Source: a virus (lineage: Duplodnaviria; Caudoviricetes). From it: 64,000 bases of DNA. The notes beneath the pieces are model-generated. The model made no database searches, was not told where the DNA came from, and saw only the letters and a program-made list of their open reading frames with translations. The DNA lies in the IMG/VR virus record IMGVR_UViG_3300032254_000001, positions 32,001-96,000 of that record; one strand, 5' to 3'. How positions within the stretch are numbered: the first letter of the stretch is position 1; each line of letters opens with the position of its first letter. The position numbers and the translations under genes were made by a program. Positions 23,223 through 33,482 of the stretch are shown one piece after another.

Positions 23223-23436
23223 GTATTAGACATGCAGCTTGATTCTGTTCGCTAGGGTTATACAAGCATGATATCTCTAACGGGTCATAACCTTTCTCAA
23301 CTAATTCCTTAATGATCAGATCCTCTCGGTGTCCTGCGTGTGATATAGTGGTTATCAGTATTACAAATGCAGTACCGATGCCACTCCACATTATAATCCA
23401 AAATTGCTCTGTTGAAATATCTTTAAAGAGTTTCAT
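23173..23436 (-). CDS. hypothetical protein
   Basis: One TM segment. Confidence 0.55.
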   Translation of the reverse strand: MKLFKDISTEQFWIIMWSGIGTAFVILITTISHAGHREDLIIKELVEKGYDPLEISCLYNPSEQNQAACLILAQKDPEDRRKPDVTE

Positions 23437-23749
23437 TTCTGCCTTTCACTTCTAAGTAGTTGTTAAGTAGACCAGTAATGTTTCCTGCGCCTACAGGGTT
23501 CGCGCTATGCACGTGGTATTCAAAATCTTTAGGAATAAACGCACCTTTATCATTAAGGTCACGCTCAACAAGCCATTTAGCTATATCGAATCCTGTTAGT
23601 TCATGCGCATCACCTAAGTCGTGGTCAAACGAAATAACTGATGGGCAACCGTTTTTACGAATGTACCCAACTGCTTCTGAGTACGATCGAACAACAACAA
23701 AGTCAGTATCAACTGGGTCTCTGATGTCATCGATGAAAAGTTTGTTCAT
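23423..23749 (-). CDS. cyclic-phosphate-processing receiver-domain protein
   Basis: LFIDDIRDP, ISFDHDLG, TGFDIAKWL, VHSANPVG. Confidence 0.75.
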   Translation of the reverse strand: MNKLFIDDIRDPVDTDFVVVRSYSEAVGYIRKNGCPSVISFDHDLGDAHELTGFDIAKWLVERDLNDKGAFIPKDFEYHVHSANPVGAGNITGLLNNYLEVKGRNETL

Positions 23750-24237
23750 ATTAATTTCAGTAACTTTAGTTTCGCTAGAGTTGAAGCTGGATCTGTGTGT
23801 AGTATGCCTACGCCGCCGTGTTCTATCCATAGTTTAATGTTGCGGTCGTAATCATCTATTAACAAAGCTCCAGGATTCTTTTCAAGGAATTTGTATTTGT
23901 TCTTACCGCCTTCGATAGTGTTAACAACAATCGAATCATCCACGTATTCATGGAACCATCTACGTTTGTCATCACACGAAGTGGCAAGCTCCTTTGTTGG
24001 CAATGGTGCACCAGTAAGTACCTCAACAACTTCCGGACCGTGAATATCTAAAACTAGCTTAAACATTTCATAAGCATTTGGAAGTAGCTCCAGAGTATAA
24101 TAAAACTCTGGAACTGTGTCGATCAGGTGCCAAAACTTATCTGTGGTACGATCCCAATAATGCATACCGCATTGTTCAACAATACCTTTTTCAAAGTTTG
24201 CCATTACACCATCTAAATCAAAATATATCTTTTTCAT
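23746..24237 (-). CDS. 5'(3')-deoxyribonucleotidase (HAD/NT5C)
   Basis: IYFDLDGVMANF, LLIDD...WIEHGG. Confidence 0.8.
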   Translation of the reverse strand: MKKIYFDLDGVMANFEKGIVEQCGMHYWDRTTDKFWHLIDTVPEFYYTLELLPNAYEMFKLVLDIHGPEVVEVLTGAPLPTKELATSCDDKRRWFHEYVDDSIVVNTIEGGKNKYKFLEKNPGALLIDDYDRNIKLWIEHGGVGILHTDPASTLAKLKLLKLI

Positions 24238-25214
24238 TATACCACCGGGTTAATTAATACGTCAGTGTAAACACCAACTAACCATTCGTTCCAGCTGTTA
24301 ACATCTACCCTTGCAGGCAAGTCACTTACTAGTACCAACTCGTCAATTTCTTCAACAAGTGATTCAAGTACATCTGAAACTTCTGTTTTGTAATCACAGT
24401 CACCGTTCTTAACATTACGCAAGAACTCAGTTTCTGCAAGAGGGTACGCAAATGAGCCGTTCTTTAAGATCGAACGCAATTGGTAACCTGCACGTAACGC
24501 ATGACTAACTGCCTTCCAGTCAACGCCTTCATTCTTTTCTGCAAGTAACGCACGAGCACCGTAACCAGCTAATGCCTTCTGAACACGATCTAAAACATAT
24601 TCAGTAGTATTAGTATCTTGGTACTTCTTGCCGTTAACTTCGTAGAACCTGTTAACTACACCAGTCTTCTCTTGCGCCAGTTCGATCTTGTTAGCGTACT
24701 CGTTTTCAGGAAGCTTATCCCAAACGTCACTTAAAGGGTATTCGCCTTTAGGCATACCTTCTAAGAATTCAATTGAGTCACGCATTGCTGAAATACGAGA
24801 ACCTTTAAGGCCGTACTTTGCTGCCTGTCGCTTAACGTAACCCATGTACGCTTTCAAGTTCTTAGTGTAGAACAGTTCGCGAATGCTAACAAGGTGTTCC
24901 CAAATCCAACCGTACTCTGGATCAATTTCGACTGCAACCAAATCAGGGTTAACATGCAACATATCTAATGCAACCGTTTCACCTTTGGTAGCAAGCTTAA
25001 TGAACTCGGCCAGAGAGTACCAATCGTCATCAATGTCACCAGCACCGTTCTTGGAATTATCATCACCAGTTGAATGGCTGATGTTTTTCGCAGCGGTGCC
25101 CAAAAGCAACTCGTCCAATTCGGGCAAGTAGATACCTTTGTAGTCCATGTCTGAGTTTGGGGTGTTAAGGCCGTACATGTGAGAGCCAAAAACCATTCGT
25201 ACAATCTTTTTCAT
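24237..25214 (-). CDS. phage nucleotidyltransferase (T4 NrdC.11-like)
   Basis: FGSHMYGLNTPNSDMDYKGI, DWKAVSHALR. Confidence 0.8.
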   Translation of the reverse strand: MKKIVRMVFGSHMYGLNTPNSDMDYKGIYLPELDELLLGTAAKNISHSTGDDNSKNGAGDIDDDWYSLAEFIKLATKGETVALDMLHVNPDLVAVEIDPEYGWIWEHLVSIRELFYTKNLKAYMGYVKRQAAKYGLKGSRISAMRDSIEFLEGMPKGEYPLSDVWDKLPENEYANKIELAQEKTGVVNRFYEVNGKKYQDTNTTEYVLDRVQKALAGYGARALLAEKNEGVDWKAVSHALRAGYQLRSILKNGSFAYPLAETEFLRNVKNGDCDYKTEVSDVLESLVEEIDELVLVSDLPARVDVNSWNEWLVGVYTDVLINPVV

Positions 25215-25250
25215 TATGTGTTCCTATTGTTAATAATGCTAGTATAGCAT

Positions 25251-25694
25251 TTAGAATGGTGGGTTGTCAAGTACTTTAAATTTCTTATCTTTCAGCACGT
25301 TAAAGGTTTGTTCGTGCTCTAGTGCTAGTTGTGCTTCATTTGCTACTTTTATAAGGAAATCCCTGATATCTGTGCGGTAATTTAGGATAAAGTTCATGTA
25401 TGGCTTCCAGCCACCACATTCACAGTCTTCTGCAAAGTGCATGCCGTTTATCTCAATCATCCAAAGATCACTTTCCGTTTCATTTATGACTACATTATCA
25501 TCGGTTTCAGCACGTTCTCTGAAATCTGCTGCCATTAGCCTATCTTCGTCGTCATTGTCAAAGTAATAAGAATTGATGCATACATGCTCACGACCGCAGT
25601 TACATTCTATTACAGCACTACCAGAGCGTGTAAAACACTCTTGAAAAGCACGATCTAAGTCTAGGTCTAAGATGTTCATAAGTCTGTAATCCAT
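25251..25694 (-). CDS. hypothetical protein
   Basis: ORF in operon. Confidence 0.6.
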   Translation of the reverse strand: MDYRLMNILDLDLDRAFQECFTRSGSAVIECNCGREHVCINSYYFDNDDEDRLMAADFRERAETDDNVVINETESDLWMIEINGMHFAEDCECGGWKPYMNFILNYRTDIRDFLIKVANEAQLALEHEQTFNVLKDKKFKVLDNPPF

Positions 25695-25903
25695 TTCCCA
25701 CAGTGTGGGCAGTCGGGTGGAACTTCTCTATCAAGCTCGTCTCTTAGGTCTTCTAATTCGTCCTTGTACTGACAGTGGTGATCACGTCCGTCGTATTCGG
25801 TTGGCATATCTAGTACACGTTTACCAAGTTCAAGTAATGCTCCTTGGTCGCCTGCTATGCCCCAACTCTGTAATTCACTAAATGTAAAATGCTTGTAATC
25901 CAT
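25676..25903 (-). CDS. hypothetical protein
   Basis: C-terminal CPHC. Confidence 0.55.
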   Translation of the reverse strand: MDYKHFTFSELQSWGIAGDQGALLELGKRVLDMPTEYDGRDHHCQYKDELEDLRDELDREVPPDCPHCGKWITDL

Positions 25904-25921
25904 GGTGATCCTTTATCACCG

Positions 25922-25948
25922 AAAAAGCCCACACGAGGTGGGCTTTTT
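25922..25948. terminator. bidirectional terminator
   Basis: AAAAAGCCCAC-ACGAG-GTGGGCTTTTT. Confidence 0.85.
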
Positions 25949-25967
25949 CTATTGCTGGTAAGTTAAA

Positions 25968-27572
25968 TTACTTCTTAACTTTCATATCCAGTGCAAGGTC
26001 TTTAGCAGCCTTTACACCTAACATTTCGATAATGCTCATTGCTGCATTACCACCGTTAGTACCACTGGTACCCATTTGTACTTCAGCTACCCATTTCTGC
26101 TTACCAAATTCACGAGCGTAGTTCTCGTTAACTTTTACATAAGCATCAAGTTTCTGTTGTAACGCGCCATCAGCTTCGATAACTTGCTTCTTGTATGCTG
26201 CATCACCTTCACCACGTAAAGTTTGTTCCTTCTTGTAGTGAACCGCTGCTAGCTGCTTTTCAAGTGCTTCAAGTTTACCTTGTGCTGCAACATCAACTAA
26301 CTGCTCAGCTTTGATAACTGCAACTTCAGCAACTCGCTGTGCAACAACAACCGCTTTCTGCTTGATAACTTCTTCTTCGTACTGTGCCTTCTTAACGTTA
26401 GCAAGACCTTGCTGCTCTGCTGTAATCGCATCCTGCTTCGCACGTTCTGCGTTAGCTTTAGAAGTGATGATAGCCATAGTAGCTTCACGCTTGTCACTGA
26501 TCTGTTTCAAAGTTTTATCTTCGTAACCCCAGTCAACCATGTTAAAGCCAGACAGTGTGATACCGTACTGCTTCAGGTCGTTTGCAACATGTACTGGCAC
26601 GCCATCTTTTGTTGCGATGATTGGAATGATCTTTTTAGTTTTCTTAACATTGTGGCACTCTTTCTTAAGTTCCTTAGTTAAGTTTTCACCTAAACAAAAT
26701 TCCATACCAGCTTCAACAGTAGTGATTTCACTCTGTACAGTTGAGAACTTACCGTTGTTAAGCTGTGTCTTAGCACGTTGCGTATATGTACCACGATCCG
26801 TATAAGATTCTTCAGAGCTTACAAGACCAGCTGTGTGGTTCATAATTTCTTCAGTTGTATTCTTAACAATCTTGTGTGCTACACCAGCATTGCTTCGGAA
26901 TTCCTTATGGATCTTAGCCATATCAACTTCAGTTGATGGTAGGCGGAAACGTGCAATACCAAATACTGTACCAGTACCACCATCTTGGTAACGTACTGCG
27001 ATACCGTTCTGGTCAAGTGTTGCGCCTTCTGCGTTTTGTGACTTATCAAAGTCGAAAGTAATGATATCGTTGTAAACTTCTACGTTACCAAACCATTGCA
27101 TGTATAAACCTGGGTCAAACTTGTATGACAGTGTTCCGTTTGGAAACTGGATAACAGTTCTGTGACCTGCGTCATTAATGCCAATTAGTAATGGTGATAC
27201 CAATAGTGTAAGTACTAGGACTGCTATTGCTGTCACTGATTTCCAATTTAAGTTCATGTTATATCCTCTAGGTTGTGATGGTGGTTGAGTTGAGTCATTA
27301 TCGCCTGCGCCACCGCCGCCTGCATTAATGTTTTCTTTCTTTGAAAAAAGGTTATTAAAAGTAGCTCCGATAAATGCCGCTGCTTTTGCTATATGATCTG
27401 CAATAACATCTTCCCACTGTATATCGCCGAAGCGATCTTTGTATTGATCAAAGTAGGCTTTGTTTTTGTTGTCATTGTCGTCTATGTTAGAACCATAACG
27501 GTTCTGATAGTCGTTTGTTTCGTTACGAATTTTGCGTAGCAATTCTTCGTATTCATCTGTGCCGCGGCTCAT
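25968..27572 (-). CDS. SPFH/band-7 membrane protein with coiled coil
   Basis: TM helix, SPFH pattern, AERAKQDAITAEQQG coiled coil; possible internal start at ~27258. Confidence 0.75.
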   Translation of the reverse strand: MSRGTDEYEELLRKIRNETNDYQNRYGSNIDDNDNKNKAYFDQYKDRFGDIQWEDVIADHIAKAAAFIGATFNNLFSKKENINAGGGGAGDNDSTQPPSQPRGYNMNLNWKSVTAIAVLVLTLLVSPLLIGINDAGHRTVIQFPNGTLSYKFDPGLYMQWFGNVEVYNDIITFDFDKSQNAEGATLDQNGIAVRYQDGGTGTVFGIARFRLPSTEVDMAKIHKEFRSNAGVAHKIVKNTTEEIMNHTAGLVSSEESYTDRGTYTQRAKTQLNNGKFSTVQSEITTVEAGMEFCLGENLTKELKKECHNVKKTKKIIPIIATKDGVPVHVANDLKQYGITLSGFNMVDWGYEDKTLKQISDKREATMAIITSKANAERAKQDAITAEQQGLANVKKAQYEEEVIKQKAVVVAQRVAEVAVIKAEQLVDVAAQGKLEALEKQLAAVHYKKEQTLRGEGDAAYKKQVIEADGALQQKLDAYVKVNENYAREFGKQKWVAEVQMGTSGTNGGNAAMSIIEMLGVKAAKDLALDMKVKK

Positions 27573-27940
27573 TACTTATCCGCCGTTGGTGCCGCTTTCT
27601 TTTTAGCAGGCGCTTTCTTTTTTGGTGCTGCTTTCTTCTTAGGAGCTGCCTTTTTAACAGGTGCTTTCTTAGGTGCTGGTGTTACTGCTTCTGTGCTAAG
27701 TACTACCGCTTTATCAGCAATTTCAGCTCTACGAGCTTTTAACTTAACTTTAGCATCAACAACATCTTCTTCAACATCTGCTTTAAACAGGTCCTTGTTA
27801 ACTGCATTCAGTTCGTCGCGAAGCTCTTTACCTAGCTCTTCGCGTTCCTTATCTTTCTTGCTCTTTCCAAAAGCTTGCTGTATGATTACAACTATGCAAC
27901 CAACAATGATCAAGCCTATTAGTAATTTTGCTAATCCCAT
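27572..27940 (-). CDS. membrane-anchored protein with a Lys/Ala/Pro-rich tail
   Basis: KKAAPKKK repeats. Confidence 0.65.
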   Translation of the reverse strand: MGLAKLLIGLIIVGCIVVIIQQAFGKSKKDKEREELGKELRDELNAVNKDLFKADVEEDVVDAKVKLKARRAEIADKAVVLSTEAVTPAPKKAPVKKAAPKKKAAPKKKAPAKKKAAPTADK

Positions 27941-28042
27941 CTGTTTTGTCTCCGAAATGTTTTATTTCTTAGTGTGTATATTATACTAGTTTCTAGGCCT
28001 GCGGTCAATTTTAATCTTACCGAATTTGCCCAAAATGACCAT

Positions 28043-28072
28043 AAAAAAGCCACCTAAATGGGTGGCTTTTTA
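28043..28072. terminator. bidirectional terminator
   Basis: AAAAAAGCCACC-TAAATG-GGTGGCTTTTT. Confidence 0.85.
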
Positions 28073-28073
28073 T

Positions 28074-28175
28074 CTATCCTAGCTCTAGCTTACCACTTAA
28101 ATGATACGCCTGTGCTGTGAATGTCGTTACCGACATTGATGCGGCCAATGCGACCGCAAGTATTTTCTTATTCAA
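28074..28175 (-). pseudogene. porin-like signal peptide remnant (33 aa)
   Basis: TTG start; MNKKILAVALAASMSVTTFTAQA-YHLSGKLELG then TAG. Confidence 0.45.
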
Positions 28176-28268
28176 ATTAGTTCCTTTAGATTAGATTAGA
28201 GTTATAGTTCTTTAGTACAATGCGTATGTTATATTGTTTGGTAAGATTTGTCGACTATTCTGGCAACA

Positions 28269-28550
28269 TTAAGAAATGAATTCGTAAAGCTTAACATTCT
28301 TTCGCCAAACATTGAACTTGCTCATTGGTACTTTAAAAGCTGTAGTCTTGCCTTTAGTTGATTGATGCACTGGTTTTATTCTAGCGACAACGTGCATGGA
28401 ATCGTCACTGGAATCGTACTCAGCACTTACCAAACCATAAGCATATTTCGGTCCGAAGTACTTGGTAAAATGAAGTTGATGTTTGAGTGCTACATGATGA
28501 GCACTCAAACGATCATCAGAGTTAATAGGCATTGTGCTAGTGTCAGTCAT
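28269..28550 (-). CDS. hypothetical protein
   Basis: ORF in operon. Confidence 0.55.
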   Translation of the reverse strand: MTDTSTMPINSDDRLSAHHVALKHQLHFTKYFGPKYAYGLVSAEYDSSDDSMHVVARIKPVHQSTKGKTTAFKVPMSKFNVWRKNVKLYEFIS

Positions 28551-29329
28551 TAAGCTTCTACAGCTTCTAGTGACTGTTCAACGTAGCTACGATCGCCTGT
28601 AAAGATAGGTATTTCTCTATCGATTCTAATTTCACGATTTGGAGCAGTTTCCAATTCACGACGTGTTACACAAGTGCCGCGCTTCTTCCACGTTTCGATA
28701 TCGTTCCAATTAACACCGTGCGTAAGCATAAGCATATCTTGCACTTGACTAACATTTTTCCCATGTAGTTCTTTGTGGGAGAAGTAGTGCTGTGCCAACA
28801 TGTTAATGCTGTTACGGGTTGCGTCCTGCTGGCGCCATACGAAGTAGTTAGTAACTTCTTCTTTTGGCAAGTTCCAAACACGCGCATCAAATAGAGCAGG
28901 AGCTGCTTCTTTAGTTGCGTCAGTTCCAACAAGGTGCGCAAAGGTTTGGTTGAAGTAAGCCGTTGCCATACTTGCTGCAACAGATACAATCTTCTGTACG
29001 TTGTTACCAAACCACTGATCAGTTGTTAACGTAGACCAATCGTTTAATAGGATTGAAATCTCGTCAGACTGGGTGTAGCCAAGAACAGCATTCTGGATAT
29101 TCGCTACCAGTTTCTCAGTAGTAATGGCCATAGTTTGGTTCATTACATCGCTGAATGGATCCTGTTCCAGACTAGGATCAACATGCTTTAAGCATTTGGT
29201 CCAAGTGTGAAATGCCTTTCCATCAAGGCGGATTATTACTGGAGTTCGTTTCGTTAGGGTAGTTTTAGATACATGTTCGTATTCCTTCATTCGTGTTCCT
29301 AACGAATCTTTACTGTACTTTTGGCTCAT
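28550..29329 (-). CDS. thg1: tRNA-His guanylyltransferase (Thg1/TLP)
   Basis: RLDGKAFH, QSDEIS, FDAR, WRQQDATRNSI. Confidence 0.92.
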   Translation of the reverse strand: MSQKYSKDSLGTRMKEYEHVSKTTLTKRTPVIIRLDGKAFHTWTKCLKHVDPSLEQDPFSDVMNQTMAITTEKLVANIQNAVLGYTQSDEISILLNDWSTLTTDQWFGNNVQKIVSVAASMATAYFNQTFAHLVGTDATKEAAPALFDARVWNLPKEEVTNYFVWRQQDATRNSINMLAQHYFSHKELHGKNVSQVQDMLMLTHGVNWNDIETWKKRGTCVTRRELETAPNREIRIDREIPIFTGDRSYVEQSLEAVEA

Positions 29330-29999
29330 GGCTCCCCCAGTTTTGGTGTACGTTTCTGTGACACGGTCTACATAATGTAATACCGTTTTCTAAATTTTCA
29401 TCGATAATTTTGGGTTGTTTTAATAACCAATCTACCTTTTCTATTTTTGATAAATTATTTTTATCTATAAGTAGTTCTTTAATAATTGTTGCCAGTGGTA
29501 CAATATGATGCACATCTAAATTTTTTGTTGCTAGGCAATGCTGGCATGTTTTATTGTCACGTTCCATGACTCGGTGAAACCAATTATAAAGACGTTGCGT
29601 ACCAGACTTAACCATTTTGTTAACACCTGCTTTTCCGCCTTTCCAATTTGTTGCTTTTGGTCCGGTTCGGTTCTTCCAAATCTTCGCACGTTTAATTTTG
29701 GATGCAGTAGAAAAAGTTTTGCCGAACATGCCGTTATTGGAACCACTTGTATCCCTATTTTTGATTGCTTCGTAGTATGCTTCGCTCTTCATATTGTCTT
29801 GCCAAAATTCTTTGCTATTTTGTGGGCGTTTCGCGGCCCCAGCCTTTCTCGCACACTGCAAACATAAATCAATTTTACCTTCTTGCCGTCTTCTTGCAGT
29901 TTTAACATTCTTTAATTTCCGATCAAATATCGTCGGGCATTCATCGCATTGGACGGTTACTATATCGTTATTTGTTACTTTGTCTTTTGTAATAATCAT
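29310..29999 (-). CDS. HNH homing endonuclease
   Basis: CQHC...VHHI...NGITLCRPCH; NGMFGK and NWKGG NUMOD motifs. Confidence 0.85.
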   Translation of the reverse strand: MIITKDKVTNNDIVTVQCDECPTIFDRKLKNVKTARRRQEGKIDLCLQCARKAGAAKRPQNSKEFWQDNMKSEAYYEAIKNRDTSGSNNGMFGKTFSTASKIKRAKIWKNRTGPKATNWKGGKAGVNKMVKSGTQRLYNWFHRVMERDNKTCQHCLATKNLDVHHIVPLATIIKELLIDKNNLSKIEKVDWLLKQPKIIDENLENGITLCRPCHRNVHQNWGSHEPKVQ

Positions 30000-30045
30000 A
30001 ATATTATTTATGCTTATTTCATTCTATCACCTAGGCTATCTTTCT

Positions 30046-30876
30046 TCACGTGTGCCATCCCATTTTAAGTTTTAAATTGTTGAAAAAGTTCCAATCAATT
30101 GGCTGTACAAGGTTAATTGTACGCTTCTTGCAAGTAATTACAACCTTTCCTTCTCCAAAATCATCTAAGCGACGACCGTCTGCAAATATGTTGACTTTGC
30201 GATCCCAGCTAACAGTTATCTTATCCGAATCTGGAAAGATGATCGGACGCGATGTTAATGTATGTGGGAGCATTGGTACCACTTCCAAAACGCCGCTGTT
30301 TGGCGAAAGGATTGAACCACCTGCTGACAATGCAAGTCCTGTTGACCCAAACGGTGTAGAAATTACTATACCAGAACTTTTAGTTTCAAAGTACGAATCC
30401 TTGTCGCCGATTGATACCTTGAAGTCTGCTGCCGAACCATTTGCTGCTGGAACAAAATAGAAATCGTTTACAGCATCGTGACAGCCACGAAACTTTCTTC
30501 GAAAGTTAAGCAAAGGTAATTCGTAATTGGTTACCTTGTATTCTGCAATATCGTCTTCTGTAATTAAATCGTAAATTAGTCTATCTAACTTACCTGTTAA
30601 TTGCGCACCTGTCGTTGCTACGTCTGGTACTAAGTACCCAAGGTTGCCGTAGTTAAACCCTGTAACAAATGCACGACTTTCAGCGGCAAGATGTATAGCT
30701 GACAGCATAGTACCGTCACCACCTAATGCAAGTATTAACGTGCTGGCATCAATTTCATCAGTGTCGCGAATAATGTATAAGTCGCGCTTACGAATAATGT
30801 CGCCAACTTCAACTAATAGCGAATCGCTAATGCCATTATCACCCGGACGGGTGCGTATGTAAACATTCTTAATCAT
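30046..30876 (-). CDS. nadK: NAD kinase
   Basis: LGGDGTML, GNLGYL, STPFGSTGLALSAGG. Confidence 0.9.
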   Translation of the reverse strand: MIKNVYIRTRPGDNGISDSLLVEVGDIIRKRDLYIIRDTDEIDASTLILALGGDGTMLSAIHLAAESRAFVTGFNYGNLGYLVPDVATTGAQLTGKLDRLIYDLITEDDIAEYKVTNYELPLLNFRRKFRGCHDAVNDFYFVPAANGSAADFKVSIGDKDSYFETKSSGIVISTPFGSTGLALSAGGSILSPNSGVLEVVPMLPHTLTSRPIIFPDSDKITVSWDRKVNIFADGRRLDDFGEGKVVITCKKRTINLVQPIDWNFFNNLKLKMGWHT

Positions 30877-31100
30877 TACTTAATCCAAACCCCTGAAAGG
30901 TATAGTACTCGTGTGAAGCACACCAATAAAAGATATATCATGCCACCTATTGCTACTGCGATGTTCGGCGTTCCTGCTGCAATGATCCCAGGTATAACAA
31001 GTCCAAAGAATAAAAGGAAGCGTAGTGGTTCTTTCATACCATCGTACTTCTTGTTCCAACGGTACAGAAAATTGTGTTTAACTTTAGCTTCATTTGCCAT
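30876..31100 (-). CDS. hypothetical membrane protein
   Basis: Two TM segments. Confidence 0.55.
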   Translation of the reverse strand: MANEAKVKHNFLYRWNKKYDGMKEPLRFLLFFGLVIPGIIAAGTPNIAVAIGGMIYLLLVCFTRVLYLSGVWIK

Positions 31101-31572
31101 CGTCGTCTTCCTCTTCGCTACGTCTGTAAATTTCGTCTATCTGTCTGCCTAGTTCTTTTGCTACTGCATCAGTGCCGAACTGTGCGATACTGCTCTGCAA
31201 CCTTTTTGCTGCTTCTATAACATCCGGGTTAGCTTTGCCTTCTGTTATAATCTCGCCGTTAGCTTTAATAGTAATAGATGAAGCGTTTCCATCCTGGTCT
31301 GTCATACGAACGACAGCGTCTGGCTTTTCGAAGTTTTGTTCTTTAGCTTGATCGAACAAACGTTTAAACTCTTTCTGGCGTTCAGTTTGTTCGGGCTCAT
31401 CACTCTCCCGTTGAACAGCTGGTGTCTCACGTTTGAACATTCCAAACAAGTCCATAATCAGAAACGATACTGAAAATGCAAGTGGAATAGCACCGCCCGG
31501 AAAGGTGTCGGAGGTCCAGTGTATAATCCATAAAGCAATACACGATCCAAATATAACGTTATAGCTTTTCAT
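31090..31572 (-). CDS. hypothetical protein
   Basis: N-terminal TM segments. Confidence 0.55.
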   Translation of the reverse strand: MKSYNVIFGSCIALWIIHWTSDTFPGGAIPLAFSVSFLIMDLFGMFKRETPAVQRESDEPEQTERQKEFKRLFDQAKEQNFEKPDAVVRMTDQDGNASSITIKANGEIITEGKANPDVIEAAKRLQSSIAQFGTDAVAKELGRQIDEIYRRSEEEDDDGK

Positions 31573-31730
31573 ATTAATTCCTTATCTTTTTAATCGGGCT
31601 ACTGTGTTTTTCAATTGTTGAACTTCACTCTTTGCTTTACGCACATCGCGTTCAGCTTGATCAAGACGTTTACTCAACGGACGTACAGCATTATTAATTA
31701 ATGCTAAAATTCTTTGTTCTTCTTTTGTTA

Positions 31731-32162
31731 TCATTTTTGGGTTCCTGGGTTGTACCACATCATCTCCCAGTACGGATAACCGTTGCTGGCGTTACAATAA
31801 TCTGTTACTTTTAATAATACAATATCCGGACATTCAGTCCAATCACGCATGAATGCTTCAATTGCTTTTGGATCGCGATCAGTCCAGTACTGGCCTTCGT
31901 TGCCAAAGTGCTTTCGCATTAGGCTGTTACACCTGGTCCAACTGGTCATTATTTTATCTGTGTCAGTATAACATAGTTTATCGTTTGCAAGTTTAGCCCA
32001 AGCTAATGTTTTATCATCTGCTTGCCACTGTACATGCGGACTATAGCTATACGGATGTTCATGCTTAGATCGTTCAACCGCGTTACCGTAAGCGTCAGTA
32101 TTAATCTGGACGCCTTCACTATAACGATATACTGCACCTGCTATATTGTACATTGTCTGCAT
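31731..32162 (-). CDS. hypothetical protein
   Basis: ORF in operon. Confidence 0.6.
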   Translation of the reverse strand: MQTMYNIAGAVYRYSEGVQINTDAYGNAVERSKHEHPYSYSPHVQWQADDKTLAWAKLANDKLCYTDTDKIMTSWTRCNSLMRKHFGNEGQYWTDRDPKAIEAFMRDWTECPDIVLLKVTDYCNASNGYPYWEMMWYNPGTQK

Positions 32163-32169
32163 GATATTC

Positions 32170-32712
32170 CTATTGTGCTAATCTAAATTTGCCCAAACGC
32201 TGCATCAACTCAACTTCCCATTCATTGTATTGGACCTCTGCTGGAGAGCCCTCAAGAACAAGAATTCGTTCACGTTTAAACAGTTGAAATTCATCAGATC
32301 GCTTGTCGCGTCCAACCTTTCTCATTGCATTGCAACCTTCGTAAATCTTAGGTGGAAGGATGATACCAAAACAAGTAGCAGCACCACAAAGTGCTTCGTC
32401 ACTTTCATGGAAGATTCCAAATGGGTACGGTGAGTAACCATCATACACTTCGCTTAATCTTGTAACGCCTGGCGCGCCAAGTGTGCCTTCAAAGAAAGCT
32501 TCAAGCTCATGGATGTTTTCACCGTAGCCTGCATTAAGCAGTATCATCGTCTTGTGGTTATCGGCCCAATCGTATAACATGTCATACTGACCGCTAGAGT
32601 CATCGTTGAAACCTGGGCTGTACTTTACGAACATTTCAGATATAACGTGACCGGATTGTATGCCTTGCTGTATGCTTGACAGGTACATGTTACCGAAAAA
32701 ATATGCTCTCAT
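32170..32712 (-). CDS. phage Pth2-like peptidyl-tRNA hydrolase domain protein
   Basis: YLSSIQQGIQSGH...HKTMILLNAG...ATCFGIILP pattern. Confidence 0.6.
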   Translation of the reverse strand: MRAYFFGNMYLSSIQQGIQSGHVISEMFVKYSPGFNDDSSGQYDMLYDWADNHKTMILLNAGYGENIHELEAFFEGTLGAPGVTRLSEVYDGYSPYPFGIFHESDEALCGAATCFGIILPPKIYEGCNAMRKVGRDKRSDEFQLFKRERILVLEGSPAEVQYNEWEVELMQRLGKFRLAQ

Positions 32713-32829
32713 TCTATACTCCGAAATATGCCATTAGGCCAAAACCTAATGCGCCGATTGCTATTACTATTGTAAACCAACCTATCCAGTCTACTAACGT
32801 GTAGTTCTCAATGTCTGGTAGTAACTTCA

Positions 32830-33096
32830 TTACCATCTCATCTTAGCTTCGAATACTATACCACCGTCTTCTGTAGCACGTACATCGTATTCTATGTCGC
32901 TTTTAAATTCATATTGTATTGCTTTATCGTAAAAGTGGAAACCACTGTCTTTGATAAGCAATACAGAATTCTCTAATTCAAATGTTTCGCCATCGTATAC
33001 TTTAGCAACTCCATAAGCTCCTGTGTATCCTATTAGGAGTATAATTGCAAGACCAACCATTACTTTAAATAATCCGTCTATAAATCTGATACCCAT
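32830..33096 (-). CDS. hypothetical protein
   Basis: TM helix; RBS. Confidence 0.55.
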   Translation of the reverse strand: MGIRFIDGLFKVMVGLAIILLIGYTGAYGVAKVYDGETFELENSVLLIKDSGFHFYDKAIQYEFKSDIEYDVRATEDGGIVFEAKMRW

Positions 33097-33097
33097 G

Positions 33098-33460
33098 TTA
33101 TTTTCCTTGTAGTTCGCTATTGGCCCATTCTTTGAATGTCCAGGAGTTAATAAATTCATCGCCTACATCGAGGCTAACAAAGTCTTTACCTTGCATACCT
33201 TGTTCACTGTAACCAACGTCAACATCGTTAAGCTCGAGTACCTCGAGACATCCACGTAAATCATCCATAAACTGATCGTCTGTGTAAATTAGTCCGTCCT
33301 CATTGACGTCCCAAGTTGCGGTATCAAAGTACACGCGCAATTCACCATACTGCTCGTCCATTGACGAGATATCAAGTTTAATTTTAGTTGCCTGCACTTC
33401 TTTGCAAACGTCCGACCAGTATCCAGTACCGTCTGTGTTAAGAATAAAATTAAACTTCAT
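33098..33460 (-). CDS. hypothetical protein
   Basis: ORF in operon. Confidence 0.6.
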   Translation of the reverse strand: MKFNFILNTDGTGYWSDVCKEVQATKIKLDISSMDEQYGELRVYFDTATWDVNEDGLIYTDDQFMDDLRGCLEVLELNDVDVGYSEQGMQGKDFVSLDVGDEFINSWTFKEWANSELQGK

Positions 33461-33482
33461 TTCTCGTACGTCGTGATGCATG

